Shown in pieces: positions 6,568 through 15,159 of a stretch of DNA of 64,000 nucleotides; position 1 is the stretch's first letter; every line of letters begins with the position of its first letter. The stretch covers positions 8,193-72,192 of the forward strand of contig JAJFUB010000018.1 in NCBI GenBank assembly GCA_021372615.1. Reading direction: 5' to 3'. The stretch is from a bacterium (GTDB lineage Bacteria > Armatimonadota > Zipacnadia > Zipacnadales > UBA11051). The notes below the pieces were generated by a model. That model was not told where the DNA came from. It did no database searches and was given only the letters and a program-made list of their open reading frames with translations. The translations under genes were made by a program, and so were the position numbers.

Positions 6568-8304
6568 ATGTCAGGATTGAGCATAACGATCAACGGTCAG
6601 GCCGTGCAGGCAGAGCCCGGGATGACCGTGTTGCAGGCAGCCAAGGGCGCCGGGCTGAAGATCCCGACGCTGTGCCACCACCCGGACCTGCCGCCGATGG
6701 GGGCGTGCCGGGTGTGCCTGGTCGAGATCGAGGGCGAGCGCGCACTGCAGCCCTCGTGCACGTACCCGGTGCGGGAGGGGATGGTCATTCAGACCCACTC
6801 GCCGACGGTGCGGCAGGCGCGGCGTACGGTGGTGGAGCTGCTGCTGTCGGACCACCCGTCGGACTGCACGGCGTGCGCGCGCAACAAGAACTGCGAACTA
6901 CAGTCGCTGGCGGAGGAGTTGGGGATTCGCGAGGTGCGAGTGAAGGCGCCGGCGCCAGGCCACGCGGTGGATGACTCGAGTCTGGCCGTGGTGCGCGACC
7001 CGGACAAGTGCATCCTGTGCCGGCGGTGCCTGCAGACGTGCGACCAGATCCAGGGCGTGTCGGGGCTGCGCATCAAGGGCCGCGGGTATGATAGCGTGGT
7101 CGGGGCGCCGTTCGATACGCCGCTGGGCCACGCGCTGTGCGTGAACTGCGGGCAGTGCATCAACCGGTGCCCGACCGGGGCGCTGACAGAGAAGACGCAG
7201 ATCCCCGAGGTCTGGGCGGCGCTGGAAGACCCGACCACGTTCACCGTGGTGCAGACGGCGCCGGCCGTGCGCATCGCGCTGGGCGAGGCGCTGGGGATGC
7301 CGGTGGGCGAGATCGTGACCGGGAAGATGACCTCGGCGCTGCGGCTGCTCGGGTTTGACCGAGTGTTCGACACGGACTTCACGGCCGATCTGACCATTAT
7401 GGAAGAAGGCTTCGAGCTGATCAAGCGGGTGAAGGAGGGCGGGGTGCTGCCGCAGCTCACCTCGTGCAGCCCGGGCTGGATCAAGTTCATCGAGCACTTC
7501 TACCCGGAACTGCTGCCGAACGTGTCGAGCTGCAAGTCGCCGCAGCAGATGTTCGGCGCCCTGGCCAAGACGTATTTCGCCGAGCAGGCGGGTGTGGACG
7601 CGGCGAAGATGAAGGTCGTGTCCATCATGCCATGTGTGGCCAAGAAGTTCGAGGCCGCCCGACCGGAGATGTGCGACTCGGGCTACCAGGACGTGGACTA
7701 TGTGCTGACCACCCGCGAGTTGGCGCAAATGATCAAGGAGAAGGGCATCGAGTTCGCGGCGCTGCCGGAGAGCGACTACGACGACCCGCTGGGCGAGTCC
7801 ACCGGGGCGGCGGTGATCTTCGGGGCGACCGGGGGCGTGATGGAGGCGGCGCTGCGTACGGCGTACGAGGTGCTCACCGGCGAGAAGCTGGAGGATGTCA
7901 ACATCGAGGCGGTGCGCGGGATGGAGGGCGTCCGCGAGGCGACGGTGATGGTCGGCGACCTGCCGGTGAAGGCGGCAGTGGCGCACGGGCTGTCCAACGC
8001 GGCGCAGGTGCTCGACAAGATCGTGGCGGGTGAAGCGGACTACCACTTCATCGAGATCATGTGCTGCCCGGGCGGGTGCCTGGGCGGGGGCGGGCAGCCG
8101 ATCCCCACGTCCCCGGAGATCCGGAAGCAACGGGCGGCGGCGATCTACCAGGCGGACCGTGACCTGCCCATCCGGCGCTCGCACGAGAACCCGTCCATCA
8201 AGGCGATCTATGAGAAGTTCCTGGGTGAGCCGCTGAGCCACAAGTCGCACCACCTGCTGCACACGGAGTATACGCCGCGGACGCGGGAGGCGGTGCAGGA
8301 GTAG
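6568..8304 (+). CDS. hydA: [FeFe] hydrogenase catalytic subunit (M3-type, HydA/alpha)
   Basis: N-terminal 2Fe-2S (CHHPDLPPMGACRVC). His-ligated and 2x[4Fe-4S] motifs (CTACARNKNCELQ, CILCRRCLQTC, CVNCGQCINRCP). H-cluster motifs L1 TSCSPGW (7459-7479), L2 MPCVAKKFEAARPEM and L3 EIMCCPGGCLGGGGQP (8053-8100). Confidence 0.9.
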   Translation: MSGLSITINGQAVQAEPGMTVLQAAKGAGLKIPTLCHHPDLPPMGACRVCLVEIEGERALQPSCTYPVREGMVIQTHSPTVRQARRTVVELLLSDHPSDCTACARNKNCELQSLAEELGIREVRVKAPAPGHAVDDSSLAVVRDPDKCILCRRCLQTCDQIQGVSGLRIKGRGYDSVVGAPFDTPLGHALCVNCGQCINRCPTGALTEKTQIPEVWAALEDPTTFTVVQTAPAVRIALGEALGMPVGEIVTGKMTSALRLLGFDRVFDTDFTADLTIMEEGFELIKRVKEGGVLPQLTSCSPGWIKFIEHFYPELLPNVSSCKSPQQMFGALAKTYFAEQAGVDAAKMKVVSIMPCVAKKFEAARPEMCDSGYQDVDYVLTTRELAQMIKEKGIEFAALPESDYDDPLGESTGAAVIFGATGGVMEAALRTAYEVLTGEKLEDVNIEAVRGMEGVREATVMVGDLPVKAAVAHGLSNAAQVLDKIVAGEADYHFIEIMCCPGGCLGGGGQPIPTSPEIRKQRAAAIYQADRDLPIRRSHENPSIKAIYEKFLGEPLSHKSHHLLHTEYTPRTREAVQE

Positions 8305-8345
8305 AAACCAGGGTTCAGGGGTCAGGGGTCAGGTATCAGAGCAAC
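8305..8345. repeat. G-tract spacer (CAGGGTTCAGGGGTCAGGGGTCAGG) directly after the hydA stop
   Basis: Seen directly. Confidence 0.6.
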
Positions 8346-8508
8346 GGCGAGGATTGGGTGAGGGGGCGCGCTACGCGAGTGGCGCGCCCCCCTTTGTGTG
8401 TGCGGGAGCAGGAAAAGCGGATGAGGATAGCGAAAGGCTGCAATAGCAGTGAACCAGACGACCGGTCCAGTGAGGGGTACGCCCCCCACCATCCAAGGAG
8501 GAGTTGCC

Positions 8509-9180
8509 ATGAGCAGGCGTGGGTTCACACTGATTGAGTTGCTGGTGGTCATAGCTATCATCGCAATCCTGGCGTCCATCCTCTTCCCAGTGTTCGCGCG
8601 GGCGCGGGAGAAGGCGCGGCAGACGGCATGCGTGTCGAACATCAAGCAGCTCGGCATGGCGTGCGCGATGTATACTCAGGACTACGATGAACTGATGCCA
8701 ACGGAGGACTACGACATCAACAGCAACGGGGACGGCAACGAGGTAGGGATTGACGCGAGCTGGCGCGGCGTGATCATGCCGTACTGCAAGAATGCCCAAC
8801 TCTTCCAGTGCCCCAGCTACCGGCCCTCGCCCGGGACGTATGGCCTGTTCGACGGCCGCATCAATGACAAGGGGCAGGTCGGCGGCTACGCCATCAATGA
8901 CGCGCACCAGGACTCGGGCTCGCCAACCCCGCCAGAGGCCCAGGCCCTGGGCTCGGTCGAGGACGCCTCTTCGTGCATCTTCCTGGTAGAGGGCAACGGC
9001 AGCGAGGCCGAGATCATGCCGAACGCGAACGAGCATGTGACCCTCAACATTGCGTCGCTGCGGCGACACAACGACGGCGCCAACTACGCCTTCGTGGATG
9101 GTCACGCCAAGTGGCTGAAGCAGACGGTCGTGTGCAAGGCGTCCGGGGACTGCCTGCTGAGCATGGAGATCGAGCCGTAA
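8509..9180 (+). CDS. prepilin-type N-terminal cleavage/methylation domain protein, DUF1559 (H-X9-DG) family
   Basis: GFTLIELLVVIAIIAILASILFPVFARAREKARQTACVSNIKQLGMA is the classic type IV pilin-like N-terminus. C-terminal HNDGANYAFVDGH is the H-X9-DG motif. RBS AAGGAGGAG. The family is typical of Planctomycetota/PVC genomes. Confidence 0.8.
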   Translation: MSRRGFTLIELLVVIAIIAILASILFPVFARAREKARQTACVSNIKQLGMACAMYTQDYDELMPTEDYDINSNGDGNEVGIDASWRGVIMPYCKNAQLFQCPSYRPSPGTYGLFDGRINDKGQVGGYAINDAHQDSGSPTPPEAQALGSVEDASSCIFLVEGNGSEAEIMPNANEHVTLNIASLRRHNDGANYAFVDGHAKWLKQTVVCKASGDCLLSMEIEP

Positions 9181-9204
9181 GTAGACAGAGAGACAGGACA
9201 CGCA

Positions 9205-9240
9205 GCGCCGGAGGAGAGATCCTCCGGCGCTTTCGTTTCC
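9205..9240 (+). terminator. rho-independent terminator after the DUF1559 gene
   Basis: GCGCCGGAGGAGAGATCCTCCGGCGC hairpin followed by TTTCGTTTCC. Confidence 0.65.
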
Positions 9241-9440
9241 CGAGGGGGCGGGCGGGGCAACGGCGGCCCACCCCCTGGCCCCCTCCCCGCGGGGGAGGGG
9301 GGGAAGGCCAACGGCGACCCACCCCCTGCCCCCTCCGGAGACGCTGCGCGTCTCACGGGGAGGGGGAACGGCAGACGGCACCCGCCGCCTGCCCCCTCCC
9401 CGCAGGAGAGGGGAACGGCAACGGCGGACGGCAGTCAGGG
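9241..9440. repeat. three tandem family-1 hairpin modules (CCACCCCCTGGCCCCCTCCCCGCGGGGGAGGGG / ...CTCCGGAGACGCTGCGCGTCTCACGGGGAGGGGG / ...CCCCCTCCCCGCAGGAGAGGGG), each followed by AACGGC hexamers
   Basis: Seen directly. Related copies throughout the window. Confidence 0.8.
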
Positions 9441-9546
9441 AGGTGGAGGATTCTTTGTGAAACTTCGTTCACAAATGCTAGTTCTGGGGTTTTGCTGTAC
9501 CTGCGATTATGGAGAGACGAATCAACACACACGCCGGGGACCTGTG

Positions 9547-11313
9547 ATGGAGCATGTGGATGAAGCGCGCACCAGAGCTGAACATGGGGGGCGGCACCGG
9601 AGGGTCTATGACGAGTGGCCGGTCGGGGTGCGGAGGTTCACGCAGGAGCGGCAGTACCTGGGGCTCGGCGACGAAGTGTACCCCCGCATCCTTGATACGC
9701 TGAGCCGCATCTTCCACGGGAAGTATGAGGAAGCAGCGCTGTGCTGGGGGATTGGATCGGGGAAGTCGTTCCTGTGCTCGCTGGCGCTGCTGTACATGGT
9801 GTACCGCACGCTGTGTCTGCGGGACCCGCAGCAGTACTACGGCCTGGCCGAGGGGAGCCCGATCCATATCGTGACGGTCGGGCCCACGGCACGCGTGGCC
9901 GAGAAGGCGATCTATGGCCAGATCCGCGGCATGGTGTCGCGGTCGCCGTGGTTCGCCGACAAGTACCCGGCCGACACCCGGACACGCCGCGAACTGCACT
10001 TCCCCAAGCATGTGGAGGTGCTGCCCGGGAACTCCAGCGACCTGTTCCCGCTGGGGCTCAATGTGCTGTGTGCGACCATGGACGAGGCAGCCTTCTTCGT
10101 CGAGACCCAGAGCGGCGGGCAGGAGGCAGCCGAAGAGGTGTACCTCGCACTGCAGCGGCGCATCAAGTCGCGGTTCGGTAGCCGGGGGCTCGTGCTAATC
10201 GCGTCCTCCCCACGGCACGGCGAGGACTTCATCATGCAGAAGCTGGCCGAGGCTGAGACGAACCCGACCGTCTTCGCGTCGCGCAAGGCCACCTGGGAAG
10301 TCAAGCCCGGCTTCAGCGGAGAGACGTGCGTCGAGGGCGGCCTGGAGGTGCCTGTGGAGCTGGCCGGGGAGTTCCGGCGCAACCCGCAGAAAGCGCGCCG
10401 TGACCTGGCCGCCCAGCCCGGAGCGGCGTACCAGCCGTTCTTTGTGGACATGGGGGCGCTGGAGGCGGCGTGCGGTGGGGCGCGGGACGGCGACGGCAAC
10501 GGCGTCCCACCCCCTGCCCCCTCCGCACGGGGGAGGGGGAACGTCAACGAGAACGTCAACGTCAACGGCGACGGCGTCCTCACCCCTACCCCTCTCCCTC
10601 GCCCGCCTTCGCCCTCCGGGCTACGGCAGGCTCCGGAGAGGGGAACGGCTGACGACAACGGCGGCCTACCCCGTCAGCGCTGCGCGCTGACACCCCTCCC
10701 TGGTAGGGAGGGGAAGGGCAACGGCGTGGAGGTGCGGCATCCGTTTGCGGAGGAGGGGAGGCTGGCGGATTGGTTCCGGCCTGATGATGCGGTGCCGCGC
10801 TATGTCCATATAGACCTGGGCCTCAAGAAGGACGCCTGCGGCATGGCCATGGCCAAGGTAGTCAGCGAGGGCGGGCAGCCTGTCGCGGTGGTCGAGCTGA
10901 TGCTGCAACTAACGGCACCGGCGGGCGGTGAAGTGAACCTCGCCACGCCACGGGAAATCGTGCTCGCTCTGCGCCGGCGAGGGTTCCCCATCGGCCAGGT
11001 GAGCTACGACGGATGGCAGAGCGCCGATAGCCTGCAGATCCTGCGCCGACACGGCGTGCGCGCGGTGACCGTGTCCGTGGACCGCGACCTGGGAGCGTAT
11101 GAGACGCTCAAGGAGCTGGCCAATGACGGGCGGCTGCGCATGTACCCCTTCAAGCCGTTCCTGGAGGAGTGCCGTCGGCTCGAACTGATCCAGGGGACCA
11201 AGGTGGATCACCCGGCCCATGGGTCCAAGGATGTGGCCGACGCGGTGGCCGGGGCGGTGAGCGAGGCGGTGAAGGCCTGGGGGGGGACGGATGTGAGGGG
11301 GAGGATCGTGTGA
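9547..11313 (+). CDS. terL: phage terminase large subunit (ATPase plus RNaseH-like nuclease). The inter-domain linker carries an in-frame palindromic repeat insertion.
   Basis: Walker A GIGSGKS, Walker B/catalytic VLCATMDEAAFF, C-terminal nuclease-like domain (YVHIDLGLKKDACGMAMAKV...DGWQSADS...DHPAHGSKDVADAV). The ORF track starts at 9457 and the first ATG is at 9475. An internal Met at 9547 (MEHVDE) is preferred but the start is uncertain. Repeat segment 10486-10725 translates as a low-complexity G/N/P-rich linker. Confidence 0.8.
   Translation: MEHVDEARTRAEHGGRHRRVYDEWPVGVRRFTQERQYLGLGDEVYPRILDTLSRIFHGKYEEAALCWGIGSGKSFLCSLALLYMVYRTLCLRDPQQYYGLAEGSPIHIVTVGPTARVAEKAIYGQIRGMVSRSPWFADKYPADTRTRRELHFPKHVEVLPGNSSDLFPLGLNVLCATMDEAAFFVETQSGGQEAAEEVYLALQRRIKSRFGSRGLVLIASSPRHGEDFIMQKLAEAETNPTVFASRKATWEVKPGFSGETCVEGGLEVPVELAGEFRRNPQKARRDLAAQPGAAYQPFFVDMGALEAACGGARDGDGNGVPPPAPSARGRGNVNENVNVNGDGVLTPTPLPRPPSPSGLRQAPERGTADDNGGLPRQRCALTPLPGREGKGNGVEVRHPFAEEGRLADWFRPDDAVPRYVHIDLGLKKDACGMAMAKVVSEGGQPVAVVELMLQLTAPAGGEVNLATPREIVLALRRRGFPIGQVSYDGWQSADSLQILRRHGVRAVTVSVDRDLGAYETLKELANDGRLRMYPFKPFLEECRRLELIQGTKVDHPAHGSKDVADAVAGAVSEAVKAWGGTDVRGRIV
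10486..10725. repeat. family-1 composite element inserted inside terL
   Basis: CCACCCCCTGCCCCCTCCGCACGGGGGAGGGGG. (AACGTC/AACGGC) hexamers. CCTCACCCCTACCCCTCTCCCTCGCCCGCCTTCGCCCTCCGGGCTACGGCAGGCTCCGGAGAGGGG. CACCCCTCCCTGGTAGGGAGGGG. Confidence 0.8.
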
Positions 11314-11319
11314 AGGAGG

Positions 11320-11570
11320 AGGCCGACCCTCACCCCCGGCCGCTCTCCCAGAGGGAGAGGGGAGCAGACGGCGGGGGTTGAAACCCCCGCCTGACGGGGA
11401 GGCGTCCCTCCGGGACGCCGGGACGGCAACGGCAACGGCGTCCTCACCCCTACCCCTCTCCCTCGGCCCGCTGCGCGGGCCTCCGGAGAGGGGAACGGCA
11501 ACGACGGCCTACCCCAGCCCTGCGGGCCACCCCTCCCTGAAGGGAGGGGGGAACGGCAACGACGGTGACG
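11320..11570. repeat. family-1 composite element between terL and portal (modules A, B and C)
   Basis: GGGGGTTGAAACCCCCGCCTGACGGGGAGGCGTCCCTCCGGGACGCC (module A, two short hairpins). AACGGC hexamers. CCTCACCCCTACCCCTCTCCCTCGGCCCGCTGCGCGGGCCTCCGGAGAGGGG. CCACCCCTCCCTGAAGGGAGGGGGG. Confidence 0.8.
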
Positions 11571-11719
11571 ACGGCGGTGTACGGGCGGCTCGGAAGCGAG
11601 GCGCTCTGTTCGGTTCTGGTGGGACGATGTGATGCTCTGACGGGGTCAGCCCCCCAGAGGACCGGATGCAGCCGGTCTTCCGGGGACGGACCCCACCCCG
11701 TACAGGTGGAGGCGAGGCA

Positions 11720-13090
11720 ATGTCGGATCTCGTGAAGGCGCAGGTTGTGGGGACGGACGGCAGAGGCGTGAGCAAGCAGTTGCCCGACTCGCCCTGGCAT
11801 GAGGCCTACGCACGGGGGGAAGTGGTGGAGCCCCCGTATGATCTGGAAGCGCTGGCAGCGCTGTATGAGACGAACTCGACCCACAAGGCGTGCGTGGACG
11901 CCAAGACCATCAACATCGTGGGGCTCGGGTACCGGTTCGTGCCCGTCGGGGGCGAGCGTGAGGCCGACAGCGGCAACCTGGCGCTGCTGCAGCACCTGTT
12001 CGACAACTCCAACCCCGAGATGACCTTCACCGAGGTGCTGCGGGCCGTGTGGACCGATGTGGAGTGCCTCGGGAATGGGTACCTGGAGTTGACCCGCAAC
12101 AGCCGGGGGCAGATTGACGGGATGTACCACGTGCCCGGGACGACGGTGCGGGTGCTGGCCGACCGATCCGGGTTCGTGCAGGTGCGCGACGGGAGGAAGC
12201 GGGTCTTCCGGAATGTGGGTGGAGAGCCGGTCGCGGTCGGTGACCGCTCCCACAACAGCACACAGGACGGGGGCGACGGGGGGCGGGGGGCGACTGCCAG
12301 CCTGGCAGATCATAGCGGGCGGGGTACGAGCGCCGCCCTGGCAGACCACAGTGGGCGGGGTACAAGCCCCCGCCCTACAGGGGACGCGGGCGAACAGAAT
12401 GAGGTGCTGCACTTCATGAAGTACACGCCGCAGTCCTCGTACTACGGGGTGCCCGACATCATCCCGGCGGTGTCCGCAGTGGCCGGCGATAAGGCGGCGC
12501 GCGAGTACAACATTGACTTCTTCAGCCACAACGCAGTGCCCCGGATGGCGATCATCGTCGAAGGGGGCGAGCTGTCCGAGGGCGTGGTGACGCAACTCAA
12601 GCACTTCATGGAGAGTGAGATCAAAGGGCATGGGCACAAGACGCTGGTGCTCGAGGTGCCCGGCGGCGGCGCCAACGTGAGGCTCGAGAAGCTCACCGTC
12701 GGAGGCTGCGAGGATGCGGCGTTCCTGGAGTACCGTCGGGCCAACCGGGATGAGGTGCTGCTGGTGCACCGCGTCCCGCCCAGCAAAGTGACCGTGGTCG
12801 AGAACGCCAACCTGGCCAACAGCAATGACCAGGACAAGACCTTCCGCGAGCAAGTCGTGCGGCCGGAACAGCGGCGGATCGAGTACCGGTTGAACCGGCT
12901 GGTGCGCGAGCAGCTCGGGATCGGGGACTGGGCCTTCCAGTTCAGGGAGATGGACCTGTCCGAGGCGCGCGAGGAGGCCGAGGTGGCTGCCATCTATGCC
13001 GGGATCGGAGTGCTGAGCGCGGAGGAAATCCGGGGGCGGCTCGGGATGGTGGCGTCGCCTGTGGCCCAGGCCGTCAGCGCTGGGCGGTGA
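11720..13090 (+). CDS. phage portal protein (HK97-like family)
   Basis: Immediately downstream of terL. 457 aa with a portal-like central region (KTINIVGLGYRF, YYGVPDIIPAVSAVAGDKAAREYNIDFFSHNAVPRMAIIVEGG). GGTGGAGG RBS before the ATG at 11720. The ORF contains a family-3 palindrome and an imperfect 36-bp tandem duplication (12234-12375). Confidence 0.7.
   Translation: MSDLVKAQVVGTDGRGVSKQLPDSPWHEAYARGEVVEPPYDLEALAALYETNSTHKACVDAKTINIVGLGYRFVPVGGEREADSGNLALLQHLFDNSNPEMTFTEVLRAVWTDVECLGNGYLELTRNSRGQIDGMYHVPGTTVRVLADRSGFVQVRDGRKRVFRNVGGEPVAVGDRSHNSTQDGGDGGRGATASLADHSGRGTSAALADHSGRGTSPRPTGDAGEQNEVLHFMKYTPQSSYYGVPDIIPAVSAVAGDKAAREYNIDFFSHNAVPRMAIIVEGGELSEGVVTQLKHFMESEIKGHGHKTLVLEVPGGGANVRLEKLTVGGCEDAAFLEYRRANRDEVLLVHRVPPSKVTVVENANLANSNDQDKTFREQVVRPEQRRIEYRLNRLVREQLGIGDWAFQFREMDLSEAREEAEVAAIYAGIGVLSAEEIRGRLGMVASPVAQAVSAGR
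12234..12375. repeat. family-3 palindrome (GGTCGCGGTCGGTGACCGCTCCCACA) plus an imperfect about 36-bp tandem duplication, inside the portal ORF
   Basis: Encodes ...SLADHSGRGTSAALADHSGRGTS... Family-3 copies at 6405, 35704, 37690-37765 (two inverted copies) and 51395. Confidence 0.7.
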
Positions 13091-13300
13091 GGGGCGGGGG
13101 GCAAGGGCGGGGGTTGAAACCCCCGCCTGACGGGGAAGCGTCCCTCCGGGACGCGGACGGAGGACGGCAACGGCGGCCCACCCCCTGCCCCCTCCCCACA
13201 GGGGAGGGGGAACGGCAACGGCAACGGCAGCAACGACGACCTACCCCCTGCCCCCTCCCTACAGGGAGGGGGGACGGCAACGACAACGGCGAACGGCGGT
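13091..13300. repeat. family-1 composite element (modules A, B and C twice) between portal and protease
   Basis: GGGGGTTGAAACCCCCGCCTGACGGGGAAGCGTCCCTCCGGGACGC. CCACCCCCTGCCCCCTCCCCACAGGGGAGGGGG. CTACCCCCTGCCCCCTCCCTACAGGGAGGGGGG. Confidence 0.8.
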
Positions 13301-13324
13301 GGCGCGCAGGCGAGCTGAGAGACA

Positions 13325-13801
13325 TTGGCGGGCTTGGAAGGTGATGGAGTGGCGGACGAGACGACCGCGGCGGAGTGGCAGTTCGAGGGCGTCGCGTCCA
13401 GCACCAGGCTGGACCGGCAACGGGAGAAGATCAGTAAGGGGGCGCTGCGACAGGTAGCGCAGAGAGGGCCCGTGGACCTGGTCGCGGCGCATAACGAGCG
13501 AGAGGTTGTGGTCGGCAGAATCGAGACGTGTGAGGTCGAGGGGGAGCTGCTGCGGGTCCGCGGGCGGCTGCGCGTGGACGCGCCCGAGGCCCGGGAGCTG
13601 CGACAACGGCTCGCGCGGGGCGAGAGGCTGGGGCTCAGCCTGGGCGGCAAAGTGAGCCGGGCCCACTGGGGCTGGGACAGCAATACCGAGGGACCCGTCC
13701 GGCATCTGGATGAGGTGGCCGTCGAGCATGTGGCGGTGTGCCGAGCGGAGCAAGCCGTGAACCCGGATGTGCGAGTACGACTAGTTGAGGGTGAGCAGTG
13801 A
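13325..13801 (+). CDS. prohead protease, HK97/U35-S78 family (start uncertain)
   Basis: FEGVASSTRLDRQREKISKGAL and LVAAHNEREVVVGRIE resemble the conserved S/H blocks of HK97 gp4-type proteases. It sits between the portal and major capsid genes. Confidence 0.5.
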   Translation: MAGLEGDGVADETTAAEWQFEGVASSTRLDRQREKISKGALRQVAQRGPVDLVAAHNEREVVVGRIETCEVEGELLRVRGRLRVDAPEARELRQRLARGERLGLSLGGKVSRAHWGWDSNTEGPVRHLDEVAVEHVAVCRAEQAVNPDVRVRLVEGEQ

Positions 13802-14217
13802 ACGGTGTGGTGCGCCGGATAGCCGAGAAGCTGCGGTGGGCGTGGCGGAGGCGACGAGGTGAGGACAAACGAGGGGACGACCTGGCCGAACGGCTCGGAC
13901 AGATCGAGGAGAAGCTGAGGGAGATCGAGGCGAGCATGCAAGCCGATGGCGGAGGCGCGACAGTGACGACGGGCAGCCAGCAGGCGCAGGAAGAGCGGGG
14001 ACCGGAGGTGTGGGAGGCGGCGGGGACGACGCCCCGGCCGCTGGTGGAGCGCACCGCAGTGCTGGCGAAGGCACAGCGGGCCGGAGACATCGTCCTGGCG
14101 GGCGATGAGGACGTGGCAGACGAGACGATGGTCGAGGTCAGGCCCGGAATGCCCCAGGGGCTACCGGGACAGCAGGCGCGGCGGAAGGCGGCGCGATTCT
14201 GGGAAGGGGTGCTGTGA
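13798..14217 (+). CDS. hypothetical phage protein (possible scaffold/decoration), charged and helical
   Basis: GTG start overlaps the protease stop (GTGA). Stop overlaps the capsid ATG (TGAATG). EKLREIEASMQ coiled-coil-like segment. Confidence 0.35.
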   Translation: MNGVVRRIAEKLRWAWRRRRGEDKRGDDLAERLGQIEEKLREIEASMQADGGGATVTTGSQQAQEERGPEVWEAAGTTPRPLVERTAVLAKAQRAGDIVLAGDEDVADETMVEVRPGMPQGLPGQQARRKAARFWEGVL

Positions 14218-15159
14218 ATGAGTGTCGAGGAGATGCTGCAGAAGGCCATTGACACGACGGATCTGGCGGCCGGTGGGCTGCTGGGGCCGGAGCAGTCGCG
14301 GAAGTTCACCGACTTGGTCATTGACCAGTCGGTGATGCTGCAGGAGGCGCGCGTGGTGCGGATGCGGTCGGCAGTGACCGAGATCGACCGCATCGCCACC
14401 GCCGGCCGGGTGAGCCAGCTCAAGAGCGAGGGCGTGGCGCCGAGCACGCTGGCCGAGCCCGCGTTCTCGAAGGTGACGCTGACGGCGGTGGATATCATCA
14501 CCCCGTTCGAGCTGACCTTCGAGGCGCTCGAGGACAACGTCGCAGGCGGGAACCTGGAGGATACGGTGATCCGGGTCATGGCCAAGCAGACGGCGACGGA
14601 CCTGGAGGAGCTGGCGATCAAGGGCGACGTCACGTCGGGCGACACGTTCCTGGCGGGCATGAACGGCTGGCGCGTGCTGGCTGACGGCGGCCACGTGGAG
14701 GACCTGGCGGGCGCGACGCTGGACAAGGGCGCGCTGAGCGCGATGTTCCGGGCATTGCCCGACAAGTACAAGCGCAACTACGGGGACCTGCGCTTCTACT
14801 TCGCGCCGACAGTGACCCAGGACTGGCATGACACGTTCGCCGACCGCGGCACCAGCGCGGGCGACAAGGCGCTGCTGGGCGCCCAGGTGCCGCCGTACAT
14901 GGGCGTGCCGCTGGTGACCGTGCCGACCATCCCCACGAACCTGGCCGGGGTGAGCGGGACCACGGGCACGAACCTGAGCTACGGGTTCCTGACCCCGCGC
15001 GACAACCTGATCTTCGGCATCCACCGGGAGATCCGCATCGACAAGGACCGCGACGTGCTGCGCGGTGTGAACATCTACGCGATCACCACCCGTGTGGCCG
15101 TGGAGTTCGAGAATGACGATGCGGTGGTGCTGGCGGTGAATGTCGGGAAGACGGCGTAG
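14218..15159 (+). CDS. phage major capsid protein, HK97 fold
   Basis: 313 aa. Gene order is terminase, portal, protease, capsid. HK97-MCP-like blocks are present (TATDLEELAIKGD, GMNGWRVLADGG, PTVTQDW, DVLRGVNIYAITTRVAVEFENDDAVV). Confidence 0.75.
   Translation: MSVEEMLQKAIDTTDLAAGGLLGPEQSRKFTDLVIDQSVMLQEARVVRMRSAVTEIDRIATAGRVSQLKSEGVAPSTLAEPAFSKVTLTAVDIITPFELTFEALEDNVAGGNLEDTVIRVMAKQTATDLEELAIKGDVTSGDTFLAGMNGWRVLADGGHVEDLAGATLDKGALSAMFRALPDKYKRNYGDLRFYFAPTVTQDWHDTFADRGTSAGDKALLGAQVPPYMGVPLVTVPTIPTNLAGVSGTTGTNLSYGFLTPRDNLIFGIHREIRIDKDRDVLRGVNIYAITTRVAVEFENDDAVVLAVNVGKTA

Noticed and set aside
16-8262. Long antisense or alternative-frame ORFs across the hydrogenase operon (e.g. 16-975 -, 1536-2903 -, 3685-5235 -, 5052-6188 -, 6898-8262 -, 3876-4649 +, 5853-6974 +)
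   Set aside because: Very high GC depletes stop codons. Translations are Arg/Pro/Ala/Gly-rich low complexity. They lie opposite or out of frame to genes with unmistakable Fe-S and H-cluster motifs.
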